DNA of 62,828 bases, filler included, from Rhabdomonas costata (Eukaryota): assembly GCA_019059605.1 (NCBI GenBank). It is 50 parts of 50 records of this genome, joined end to end, with 100 filler letters (N's around TTAATTAATTAA, not from the genome) between each part and the next. Parts side by side here need not be neighbours in the genome. Positions count along the whole stretch, not along the records: positions 47,836 to 48,992 come from JAHMHO010025777.1; positions 49,093 to 50,251 come from JAHMHO010025778.1; positions 50,352 to 51,509 come from JAHMHO010025779.1; positions 51,610 to 52,767 come from JAHMHO010025780.1; positions 52,868 to 54,025 come from JAHMHO010025781.1; positions 54,126 to 55,283 come from JAHMHO010025782.1; positions 55,384 to 56,541 come from JAHMHO010025783.1; positions 56,642 to 57,799 come from JAHMHO010025784.1; 42 more parts are not named here. The stretch is one strand, 5' to 3'. The translations under genes and the position numbers were made by a program. This document shows positions 48,201 to 59,157 of this stretch, in pieces; within the stretch, counting starts at the first letter, position 1, and each line of letters opens with the position of its first letter. The notes beneath the pieces were generated by a model that was not told the origin of the DNA, made no database searches, and worked only from the letters and a program-made list of their open reading frames with translations.

Positions 48201-49894
48201 GATTTATTTCCCGTTTCCCGGAGAATGGGAATGGGAATGGAAATGGTTGTTCTTGACTTTTGCTACTGGATGACCCACTCAGTCGTAACCTCCCGGGCAA
48301 TTGTGGTGTCAATTTTGCGTCATTCTGAATACCTTGCCATACCAATCTTGATCAAAAACTGTACGATTGCAAGCATGAAAATTGTTCAATTGAATCCATT
48401 GCACCTTTCCAAAGAATTCTGCGGGGAATTGGAATATGGAATGACGGGATGCGGAGGGGGAAGGGTGTCGATGAAGACCAGCATCTCCACACTGCTGGTC
48501 AAGCTGTCCGAGGGGGACGGGGGGGTCTCGGTTTCCTCCGAAGGTGCATCGGGCACGGCGGTGGAGGTGACTTCACGTGCCTGATCCTGACGGAGACATC
48601 CGGTAAAAAGTTTCCGAGCAAGCAAAAGCGAAACCTATCGTCGCAACTCCACAGAAAATTGAAAAACCATCACTGAAAAAAGCAACGACAATTTCGCAAC
48701 AGAAATGGAAAATTCCCTGGTTCCTGGTTCTTGGAATTGGGGCCAGTGCCTTGCAGTTTTCGATGTTACCCAACAACACAGGCAAAAGCGCTGGCCCAAA
48801 AGGTTCCCAAAAAAGGACTGAACCTTTTCATTGCGCAAACCCGGGGCACGTGGAGCCTGTGGCGGGTTATGAGTAGACGCTGCCGCAGCCGCCGCTGCGG
48901 TGTCGGCGGCTGTGGCTGAGTCATCCGCGGAGCCTCCCGCCTGAAGGGAAACGTCAGCCACCCTAAACCACAGTGACCCCCCAACCACCCACNNNNNNNN
49001 NNNNNNNNNNNNNNNNNNNNNNNNNNNNNNNNNNNNTTAATTAATTAANNNNNNNNNNNNNNNNNNNNNNNNNNNNNNNNNNNNNNNNNNNNCGTGCGGT
49101 GTTTGGCTGGACTTGCCTTGATTCGTGCTGTTTGGCTCTTGTTGTGCTCACCTTGCTTCTGCGCACAAGCCGGGAATAGTGGAAAGCTGTGAAAGGCCAA
49201 AGGGCACACCCACAACCCCTGAAGTGCGCGTGTTTGTTAGAAGGGGCGAAGCCAAAGCACACCACAGGCATCAGGCAGTCGAAAGCACACCCTCCACGCG
49301 GAAGGGCAGCCCACACGCAGGCAATTTGCCAAGAGGTTTTGGTTTTGGAGTTGAATTTTGCGCGCCCTCGCACCCTCGTAGCCCCACCACCACAGCGGGA
49401 AGAGAAAGCACCACAACCTTCAGGTTACCGAAGAAAAGCGTGAGTCGCGAAGGATCCCGCCCCGCGCCGCGAAAGGCGGCTGAGTGTAATCAAAGCCAGG
49501 TACTTGGTGTATACCAAGGTAAGCCCCGGCAGCTCCCAACGCGCGTCACAGGCGTTCGGGAACCGGTGAATCCCAAGCCGGGTCCGCAGTCCTGTGAACC
49601 CACAGGGACAGGTAAGTGGCCAGGCAGAAGGCTGGGCCGTCACAGAAACCATGACCTTGGAACCAGCTTGTGCTGGAGCTCGGCCGGACGAGGTCCACTA
49701 CATGCTTACCTCCGGCATGCCACCTTTGATGAAGGGTCCCAAATCAGCGCATCGCTCCCGAAGACCCCCGTGGCCCTTCTGGCCCCAAAAGGCAACCTGC
49801 CTTCGAAGGAAGAAGTGGTCGCAGCCTCCAGTCAAACTATCACTGACATCCCCAAAGGACACCATTTTTCTGATTGCATGCGTAACTTTTTCAT

Positions 49895-50150
49895 ATGTCC
49901 ATACGTACCACAGCCGCAGTCGTCTCCACATGAATCACGCCGTGGATCTACACGGTTCGCGAATGGTCCAAGCACCTCCGGACCATAATGCTGTGCAAGG
50001 TGGATCTTCGCAACGCCTTCAAACAAGTCAGTCGCCAGGCCTTCTTCCAGCCCCTTGCCGACACTGACCCACTGTTGGACGCCTGGTCCAGCTGTTCTCT
50101 CTCTCGGATTCGGTGACGATAGTCAGTGAAGGCTTTTGCTTTTAGCGCCA
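49895..50150 (-). mobile_element. Possible highly degenerate tyrosine-recombinase (DIRS/Crypton-like) relic
   Basis: Pieces from different frames: RRSTLHSI / SGGAW / FANR / FMWRRLRLWYVWTY, loosely HSxRxGGA...W.RW....Y. Multiple frameshifts are required. Confidence 0.25.
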
Positions 50151-51324
50151 CCACGGAAGTGCTTCAAGGCTTCAAGCCCACTGTCGCCCCCACTCTTCTG
50201 TATCGCCCTCGCGCCAATTCTCCGTGGACTCGGCCTGGAAGGAGAGGGCCGNNNNNNNNNNNNNNNNNNNNNNNNNNNNNNNNNNNNNNNNNNNNTTAAT
50301 TAATTAANNNNNNNNNNNNNNNNNNNNNNNNNNNNNNNNNNNNNNNNNNNNCACGGCAGGCGGGTGCAGATGAATGGAATGGGGGTGCACAAAGGCCGCA
50401 CACACCCTTCGGGCTCTGAGGAACTCCACCGCGAGGTATTGGAAGGGCCGGAACTGCCGCAGCTGAGAAAAATAAAGGTCGTGACTACGCTTCCTTACAA
50501 TTTATTTTTAGAGGTATTCCACTGCACGATATCAAGGAGATCATTTCTCGGAGCAAACCCATTCTCGGCGTACCCTTACCCGATTGCGAGTCTCCCAGTG
50601 ACGTTTTGGGGGAGGACAAAGTAGGTTTTTCGTTTTGAAAGGCTATACAACACGGAAATAGTCGATTCGATGCCTATATTGCATGATATGGTCTGCATGT
50701 GAAAATAATCCCGCCAAAAAAACGCACCTACGAAGTTGGGCATTGCCACGTGTATAAACACAAGCCTCTAAGTACACAGGTGAAATTATTGGGGGCAATC
50801 TGTTAGCGAGGCCCGGAATTACCGGAGTCTCGACAGATTAGGACACTGAGTTGAGTGTAAAGGGTAACATGGGTAAAAATACTGTCAGTCATCGAAACCG
50901 GCTCGAATCCGAACTCATGATCTACCACGCTGGTCTCGCTCATGTGGTAGGTGGAAGGGAACTCTGGTCCCACCCCCAACCAGCTTCTTCCCCTGTGAAA
51001 CACGAGGGCCAGCATGTGCTTGGTTGGGGACATAAGTTGCCTCGGCGCTTAAATGGCCGGAGTCTCGTTCCGTGGTCAAACTCAGGCAAACACACACACA
51101 CACACACAAACACTTTGCGCACTTAGCCACGGCATTTTTTGATGGTAAGACTCGAGATTCTCCCCTTTCTCCCCTTGAGCTGTTTCCTTCCTTGGGGTCC
51201 AAGACCCTTGCCATCTGGTTTTGCACACTTGGTTTTTGAGAAATTGCAAATCTCTATTAACGACATTCAGCGAGCAACGCCTTGCCAAACCTGGAAACGC
51301 ACCAGGAAGCACACAAACACACAC

Positions 51325-51423
51325 CAGCAGAAGCACCGAGATAAGCATCGAGCCAAGCGAGATGTAGACGCGGTTGAAAGGGGTAACCCAGGCGAAGATC
51401 ACGGTGTGTGCCAGCCGGAAGAT
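51325..51423 (-). CDS. Multi-pass membrane protein exon (99 nt, phase 0-0), possibly CLN3/battenin-like
   Basis: ggcccag|IFRLAHTVIFAWVTPFNRVYISLGSMLISVLLL|gtgtgt. The exon call is well supported; the family is a weak guess. Confidence 0.45.
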
Positions 51424-51609
51424 CTGGGCCCACCCCAAGACATCCTCCCCCTCCCACACCAAAAAAGTTGAAGGTCCAACCCATACGCCATAACTGGACA
51501 AACCAAACCNNNNNNNNNNNNNNNNNNNNNNNNNNNNNNNNNNNNNNNNNNNNTTAATTAATTAANNNNNNNNNNNNNNNNNNNNNNNNNNNNNNNNNNN
51601 NNNNNNNNN

Positions 51610-51900
51610 ATTATGGCACGTTTCACTACAGTGTCATGCACTTTGTGTTGTGTTATGCCACCTCTACCGTACTTTGTCCTGTACGATCTCCGTGACTTTG
51701 CCGGAGCGTACTATGGCGATGTTATAATATTCAATAACGCGATTTATGAACACCTGCACTCCATCCGACAACTGTACAAACGACTTGACAAGAGCCATCT
51801 CTATGAAACCCTAATAAGTGCTCCCTCTGTCAATAGGAAGTTGATTCCTGTGGTTTCAAAGCTCACAAATGTGTCCGCCACATTCCATAAAAACTGTCCC
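51610..51900 (+). mobile_element. Ty3/gypsy RT remnant, heavily decayed
   Basis: YGTFHYSVMHF / DLRDFAGAYYGDVIIF...EHLHSIRQLYKRL / NPNKCSLCQ*EVDSCG across frames. Colinear with the RT at 16550-16820 (YGTFAYQVMP, FAGAYIDEIL, EHLAALRQVYNKL). Confidence 0.75.
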
Positions 51901-53425
51901 AGTCACCCAAACCAAAAGCCAACTTTCCCTTCAAAAGGCACTGTTTCTTTCAAAAAGAAAAGAGGGCAAAGATCCCGTTGGTTCTGTGTTACTGCCCCCC
52001 TCCAAACATCTCTTATTGGGTGCTTTTTGGTTGCCGTTTGGACTCGCACAGAAAGGTTGCTGGCTCTTCAAACGCCATGCTTCTGGGGGTGGTGCCCCAG
52101 TATTACCGTTCTCGACGCCTCTTTGGTTCTTGTGGGTTGTCAAGGGTCTTGGGACGCATCTCAAACATCTTTCCTGTGCAGAGCAGCGCGCCCTCGCCGG
52201 GGTTTCTTCCAGTCCCGCAAGCTTCTGTCGGAGCGCGTCCAGGCTGGCCGCGCGATAGGTTACAAGATGGGGGCCACAGCGTTCAGCGTGGTACTTTTTT
52301 TTTTTGCTTCGCACAGCCCGTTCTTTCAACGCAAAGAAGAATCAGAAGAAGCCATTTAAAACTGGCAGGTAAAAAATTGGTTGGTTGAACTTTTGTTGTC
52401 TGTCGCAAACAGCGCGCCCACCCAAAAACCGTAGCTGTGTGTATTCTCGTCCTTTCCACGGGACCACGAAAAATCACAGCAAAAGGATAAACGTGGTCAG
52501 GTGCACAACCTGCAAGGAATCCAAGTGGGAGGGCTGGCTGCCTTGACTGGAGCATTTTCATCATTCACTGTCAGGTGCACAAACCAGCCCGTCTATATTG
52601 CTTTCTGAGTGTTTGTCTGTATCTTTCAAAACTGCAGTTTGGTGAAGTGGCGCTGTAGGGTTCTGTGCTGTTGCACCCGTACACCGCAATGGTCATACAG
52701 GGTCGAGTTTGAGCCCTTTGACAAAGAATTGGTCTCTCATCACCAAACCCCCAAACACACCCACCACNNNNNNNNNNNNNNNNNNNNNNNNNNNNNNNNN
52801 NNNNNNNNNNNTTAATTAATTAANNNNNNNNNNNNNNNNNNNNNNNNNNNNNNNNNNNNNNNNNNNNGGGTGGGGTGTTCCACCTGACGGAGAATAGGGC
52901 GTGCAAGCGAGTCGGTGCATGCGGTCGCGCACTCGCTGGCTGGGACGTATGTGTGGCCTGTGTGCATGCAAGTGGCGGGATGCATTATAAATTATAACCT
53001 GCACCTGGGCAGGTTTGATGTGCTGGGAGCCCGGCCATGGCTGTTTGACACGGTATCCTGGGATCCCGGTGCGACCCCGGCGAATAAAGCTACTACCTAA
53101 CAGCAAACTTAAGTGGGATCACCCATCAAAGCGAGTGCAGTGGGCCATCGCATTTGCTGGGGGCACTGAATGCACCAATGGGGTAGGGCGCTTAGAACAC
53201 TCTGAGCCCGCTAACAGGGACTTCTATTGCACTGCCCGCTCCGTGACCATGTACGAGGGTTCGGGGAGGTGGGCCCCACACCCTCCTCCAGACCTGCAAA
53301 GATGACCACCCAGGATTGCAGGAAGTCCTTCACCTTCAGGGAGCACTCCACCTCCCCCAGGGTGCAGGCCTTCATCTGAGTAAAGCAATCGTCACGGATG
53401 GCCTCCTCATCAATCGCCACCACAG

Positions 53426-53640
53426 TATAATAAAAGTAATTCTCAAAAAGGCATTGTTCGCATGCTTTCAGTATTTTTTTCTTTCCATATGCTCCGTGCG
53501 TTTTCAAAAGCGGAATTCCATCAATAGTGACAAAACTATCTGCCCTGTTTGTAATTGTTGAGAAATTATCGTGCTTTGCAGCACCTCTGCGCGGTCTTCC
53601 CTTGATACATTAGATCAAACGACGAAGGCCCCGCTCTTTT
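53426..53640 (-). mobile_element. Possible Penelope-like RT relic
   Basis: KKILKACEQCLFENYFYY resembles ILxLLxxCLxxNYFxF, with SNVSRED upstream in another frame. Stops and frameshifts are present. Confidence 0.3.
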
Positions 53641-54411
53641 TTAACGAGCTCCCAGTTGTCGCACGCAACTTCCATTCTCCCACATCCGTGCATCCCCATC
53701 AGAAAGAGAGATGATGAATGAGAAGATTTATTTCCCAATGTTATCGGCTTGTGATTCCACATGAATTTCGCTGTAGTGGGCTTCGGTTAAACCGGTGGGT
53801 CACCACGCAACGGAGAGGGACGAGACGTGGAGGAGGTTGTTGTTGTTGTTGTGGTGGTGGTGGTGGTGAGCGGGAACAGGACTGAGGCTGCGTTTCCCCA
53901 TATTCTTTCATGTGCAAGTTAGGGAGAGAAAAGGAAGCACACATCGTGAGTGCGGGGGTGGGTGAAGGGAAAAAGAAACACAAGAGAACACAGCGAAGAG
54001 CAGTGCTGCGAGCCACACACACACANNNNNNNNNNNNNNNNNNNNNNNNNNNNNNNNNNNNNNNNNNNNTTAATTAATTAANNNNNNNNNNNNNNNNNNN
54101 NNNNNNNNNNNNNNNNNNNNNNNNNGTGGGTTTTGGGACACCCGGAGGGTCCAAAGCCGTCGCCGGCCGTGCTTGTATTGTCACGTTGCCAGTGATTCCA
54201 CAATCCCGAAGGGTCCGCGTGGGTACAAAGAGTGCGCATTGTATAAGAGCTCCTGGTGTGCTTCCAAAAGGCCACACTTTACCCGAATTAGGGTTTGGAT
54301 ACGGCCGACAAGCTCGTCCAGGTGCGAGTCCACCACCAGATTGGCGTCACCAGACACCAGCACCAGCAGCTGCACGGGGTCGGTGACAGTGAGCGGGGCG
54401 GACACACTCAT

Positions 54412-54790
54412 CTATTGACGTGCTGTGATGAGGTCAAGGAGGCTCGTTTTGGCACCCAGCGGGCGGTCAATGACGCTGTGTCGACTAATCTGGCAAGCCA
54501 CACGGGCAACCGCTGCTCCTGACACTGCGGTCCAGATACCGCGGCCTGTTTGTGCAGGGGTCCCTTCCCCAAGATTGCTAATCTTTTTCGATATGAGCGC
54601 CGACACAAAGTCACGCGCAGAAGAATGAAGGGCCCCAAAAGTGTTGGCCACAAAAGGAAAGCACTCCCGACCCGCAGCATGGCAAAGGGTTTGGTTTTCC
54701 CGCAGCTTGGTTGAGGCGGCCGCATCCATCAGGTTGTTGTGGCCAACTGCTGAGGGACGCACTGTGGTGATGATAGTGCAGTCCAGGGCA
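54412..54790 (-). mobile_element. CRE-like (RLE-type) non-LTR retrotransposon, C-terminal restriction-like endonuclease remnant
   Basis: ALDCTII...MDAAASTKLRENQTLCHAAGRECFPFVANTFGALHSSARDFVSAL...IWTAVSGAAVARVA matches the D.T....A...K..KY...C...G..F.P...ETFG.....A..F pattern. Confidence 0.75.
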
Positions 54791-54911
54791 CGGAATGCTT
54801 CCGAAGCATTCCGAACATTTATGCACTGACATAAAATGCTTCATTCAGAATTAAATTAACATTTAGTCCATAGCGTGCAAAAATACTGGGTCCCGTTTGG
54901 TTTCCTTTCAG

Positions 54912-55204
54912 AGAAGACTTTTCACCACCAACCCCACTATCAACGGGAGGGGTCCTGTGATCTTTGCCTGGCAAAAAGATGGGATCTTCCTTGCCGTGGC
55001 AGGAATCAACCGGAGGGTCCACATTGTTGACCGCCAAGGGAAGGAGAAGCACCAATTTCTCCTGCCTTCAACGGGGTATCTTGTTGACCTTTGTTGCCAA
55101 AGCTACAACTGTCTGGAAGTTCAAGCGACAAATGTTTTTTACACAGGCCGGCGGTGGGTTTGGACTGGGACTGCACGGGCGAGGTTCTGGCGGTGATGCA
55201 GATG
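54912..55204 (+). CDS. IFT144: IFT144/WDR19 intraflagellar transport protein, N-terminal exons (54912-55075, 55147-55204), partial
   Basis: RRLFTT...GRGPVIFAWQKDGIFLAVAGINRRVHIVDRQGKEKHQFLLPST-G-PAVGLDWDCTGEVLAVMQ matches the WDR19 N-terminus (FAWQ...YLAVxG....IFDRHG....LP...MDWDxxGDVLAV). The 71-bp GT-AG intron is phase 2. Confidence 0.88.
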
Positions 55205-55278
55205 GTGCGTTGAACCATTCATTCTGGCTTACGTTTGCATTTTCAGACAGTTGTAGCTTTGGCAACAAAGGTCAACAA
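55081..55278. repeat. Contig-end inverted repeat, 35-bp perfect arms flanking an IFT144 exon
   Basis: 55081-55115 pairs with 55244-55278. The contig ends at 55283. Confidence 0.9.
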
Positions 55279-55802
55279 CACACNNNNNNNNNNNNNNNNN
55301 NNNNNNNNNNNNNNNNNNNNNNNNNNNTTAATTAATTAANNNNNNNNNNNNNNNNNNNNNNNNNNNNNNNNNNNNNNNNNNNNGGGTTTTTTTTTCATTT
55401 TTGACTGTACAAATGAGGCAAAAAGGCTGCGAGGCCGTCCTTGCACCCTTCAGGCGGCTCTTTTTATCACTCTCCCCTCGCAGACCTGAGGGTTTGCCGC
55501 GATACCCACATCGTACTACAGAGGCCGCGAACAAGGAGGAAAGAGCTCGGTAAAGGAAGCCGATTCTCCCCCGGAGGTGACGCGCAGAGGAGAGAAAGCG
55601 TGAGTGAGTAAGTGTGAGTATGGATCTGTGTGTCGCGCGGACGCTCGTCGACAGGGAGCGCCCGAAACTGCAGAACATTATTCACAGCAAGCGAAAGAGC
55701 CGCCAGAACAGACATTAAAAAAGCCACTGGTCGGCGGAACAACAAAACCGTCTCCTTGACCTGAACTTCAATCAAATAAAAGTAAGGGAAGGAAAGAGGA
55801 AC

Positions 55803-56460
55803 CTGGGGCAACAGGGAGGTGCACAGGCTTCCCGAGCTGCCTAAGGGCGTCTGAGGCGAGCAGCACATTCAGCGCGACTCCTCCGGTCAGCACCACACCC
55901 TGGACCTGGCGCAGTACCTCCTTGGCGTGCGCCGCGACGACCTCCCAAAGGGTTTCCTGCAACACGGCCTGGGCAGTGGCGGCATAATCCGACAGCCACC
56001 GCTCGCCCGAGGAGTTACCACCCCCCAGCCGCGGAATCACCGCCTTGAACGCTGCAAAAAAAAAGAACCTAGAAAAAGAAGCCAAAAAGAAGGGCATGTG
56101 TGCATTGTTGTTATTTGCGAAGAAGACTTCGTCAAATCTTTGATGAGCAAAACGTCGTCGCTGCAGCTTTGAAGAAGATTCCAAAGCAGTTGTTCAGTGG
56201 GTGGTGATTGGTGATGGAGGGGAGGTGGGGGACGAAGGAGCAGGTGGAGAGACCAGTGGACATCTGTGAGCGGGACCTCTGGTTGACCACCTCGCGCAGC
56301 AGGGGCTTCCACGCGGCCCGGGGGGTGCCCCGAAGGGCGTAGTGCATGAGGTCAGATGAGAGATGATTGAGGCAGTACATTCCTCCCATCTGGGTGCGAC
56401 ATTTGGACCGCCCCTGGCCCGTGAAGGCGGGTAGCATCGCCCATGTGTGGAAAGCCACCC
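55803..56460 (-). CDS. NodU/CmcH/TobZ-family O-carbamoyltransferase, two exons (56460-56254, 56051-55803), partial
   Basis: ...LSSDLMHYALRGTP...(cf. GKxMGxAxxG) joins SDYAATAQAVLQE...GVVLTGGVALNVLL...VHLPVAPG (cf. DxAAxxQ, LxxxGGVALN, PAxGD). The 202-bp GT-AG intron is phase 1. Confidence 0.8.
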
Positions 56461-57111
56461 CTGGGGAAAGATGCGAGGAAGCAGAAACGGCATTCCCCTT
56501 GGCCTGAAGTCGAGACCCGTCCGAAAATAAACAACAAAAACNNNNNNNNNNNNNNNNNNNNNNNNNNNNNNNNNNNNNNNNNNNNTTAATTAATTAANNN
56601 NNNNNNNNNNNNNNNNNNNNNNNNNNNNNNNNNNNNNNNNNGGGTTTTGGTTGGTTGGGGTCCCTCCGAAAACTTGGTGCTGCCGCCAGGTCCATGGGAC
56701 ATACCGGCCAGAACTTTGACATTCACGCTTTGTGAATGTCAGAGGGTAAGCTAAATCTCAAACAAATGCTGACTGAGTGTATTGGAGCAGGTGCGCTCAA
56801 CTCATTGCTCGCAAGGTAAGCTTTCGAAAGGTGCTGAGCACATCCGCATCGCGATGAATCAATCATTTTTCTATCTTGATCCCTTGCTGCCAGCACCCGG
56901 TGATGAGTGCCCCGAAAAAGAGACAAAACAGCGATACCCAATGCACTCACCGCTGGCTACCCAGCAATACATCAGTACCAGAAGGCACCCTGTGCACTCT
57001 CAAGCACTGCCATTAGGAGGACTTATCCATTCCCCGATCCCCGAGCCGCTACAATAAAGTAACCAGCCACCCCTCTCCCAGCGGAGCACTCGCACACAGG
57101 AAGGAAGCAAC

Positions 57112-57308
57112 TCACGCGAGGAACAGCGACGAGAAAGGGTTCGTCCGGGTCCGCACCACAAGCGCCACAGCGCAGGCAAACGTGAGCACGCCAGCGAGGT
57201 AGGCCACCAGAATCCACCAACGGACGGAGCGGTACCCCCACCAGTGCAGCGAGGGCGGCCCCAGCCAATTGCAGTACGCGTGGAGGGCAATCACACTGAA
57301 CACCGTCC
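57112..57308 (-). CDS. RCE1: CAAX prenyl protease 2 (RCE1-like) C-terminal exon
   Basis: ttctgtag|GTVFSVIALHAYCNWLGPP...WILVAYLAGVLTFA. HxxCNxxGxP followed by AYxxG is the RCE1 C-terminal signature. Confidence 0.75.
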
Positions 57309-58717
57309 CTACAGAATATCACATATCACCCCCCCCTCTCTCTCTCTCTCAAGTGGGCAACTAAGTAACCTGTTGCAGGTATTGCTATGTCCCCAAACAA
57401 AGACCTTATTTCACCCCCCTCTCTGGCCCCAAATCTTGTTGCAGAGAAAGAAGAAGAAGAAGAAGACAAGTCAGCATTAAAACGGACAATTGCCCTCGCT
57501 GTTCCTTTTCATGGAAACGACGGGGAAAAGCCCAACGGATCGATGAACAATGGATTCTGCAGCCTAACGGTGAGGGGGGGGGGTCACGGACTGTTCCCGA
57601 ATTCCACTCCCTAAATACGCTGAAAGGCAACCACGAGCACTGAATCAAAGAGCACGCCAAAAACCGTACAAAGGATAGGATTATGCGGTGGTCTATCATT
57701 GTCACGGCACAGTAACTTCATGAAGTGCATAGGTCGGCTGACACCGGTATGCTCTGCTGAAAAAAGCTGGGGAAGGAAGGTAACAGAAGAAAAACCACAN
57801 NNNNNNNNNNNNNNNNNNNNNNNNNNNNNNNNNNNNNNNNNNNTTAATTAATTAANNNNNNNNNNNNNNNNNNNNNNNNNNNNNNNNNNNNNNNNNNNNT
57901 GTTTCTGCGAGGTGAAATGAGGTTTTGGGAGTTAAACGGAGTTAGGTGGTTAAGAGGGCGATGCACGTGTCCCCTGGGATTCTATTAGAAGATTTGTAGG
58001 GTGTTAGAGGGTGATGTTCGTGATTCCCCGAGTTCGTGAAGTTTCACGCTCTCCGTTTGGACGACTGACATGTATCTTGTGATTTTCGGCTTACTCTTTC
58101 GGGTATACTGTGGGGTAAGATAATGGGCTTGCGCCGTAGTTCCAGTAACACGCATGTGAACCCCCGTCGAGTCTGCAGACTAGTGTCGTTCATGCTCTCG
58201 TGCGTGTGAGATATGAGTGTGAGTGTAATTCCGCAAAGGTAGGTGTGCACGTGATGGGCACGTTTTTGATGCAACCCGACATTGCACAAAATTCGCACCT
58301 GCAATACCACATATTACTGCAAATCCCTGAATGGGAGGTGAAGCGATGGGACGGGAAGGGAGAGTTGAAAGGAGGCAGCGAAAACGCGAAAACGCCCATG
58401 CCGTGTGATGGCCTTGTGCTGCCTCTGAAGTGCCACAGAGAGCTCCTTCCACTGCCCCACCATGCGGTCCCTGGCGAAGCACAGCCCGACGTACTCTCGG
58501 GAAAGCGCCGAGTGTTGCTCCGTTATGGAGTCCAGTTCGGCCTAGCCAGCAAACGCAGCCTCATGTACAGATGCACCATCGGCAGGCATTTAGCCAAGGC
58601 ACAAAAAAAACTTAAGTTGTGTTCCGGGGGTGCGCTTTGCATGTTTGAAGGCTTTCCCCTAATTTGGCTTCTGTAGGGAGGACACTTTCGACAAATAATA
58701 TTCCTATGTTTTATTTT

Positions 58718-58796
58718 CAGAATGGCGAATCCATATCATTGGGGTGGCGTCTCCCTCCGGGCCGCTTTTTCCATCTTTTGTTGTCGCCAGTGCTGA
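58718..58796 (+). repeat. Dispersed ~80-bp repeat, copy 2
   Basis: cagaatggcgaatccatatcattggggtggcgtctccctccggg...ttttgttgtcgccagtgctga aligns to 44429-44510 (minus). Confidence 0.8.
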
Positions 58797-59157
58797 GCTA
58801 AAGGGTCCGAGTTCCTATTCAGGTTTCCTGAAGCCGGGTTCCATCCAACGGACCGTACGCACTTGGAATGAAATGCTGCGTGTGGAGCCAGCATCTATTT
58901 ATACAAGTTATTTCGATAGCCTCTTGATTCTAACTAATTGATCAGGTTTTAAATGATTTTAAATGGAAGACATCTGCGGCACACACCGGATAAGATTATC
59001 AATTTGGACTTTCCAGGAAACATGGGAAACAACCACAACCACCAAACACACCCACACNNNNNNNNNNNNNNNNNNNNNNNNNNNNNNNNNNNNNNNNNNN
59101 NTTAATTAATTAANNNNNNNNNNNNNNNNNNNNNNNNNNNNNNNNNNNNNNNNNNNN

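Noticed and set aside
49125..49988. Longest ORF in the track (287 aa)
   Set aside because: Non-ATG start, no motifs, and composition typical of a shadow frame over decayed repeat sequence.
55081..55278. Intronic inverted repeats flanking an IFT144 exon as a circRNA or exon-skipping device
   Set aside because: The arms are perfect and the outer arm ends at the contig terminus, like the other fold-backs. A chimera is more parsimonious unless unamplified reads confirm it.
29609..56460. A secondary-metabolite gene cluster made of the BAHD, FkbH-like and NodU-like genes
   Set aside because: The three genes are on separate, size-sorted contigs, so co-occurrence in this window carries no linkage information.
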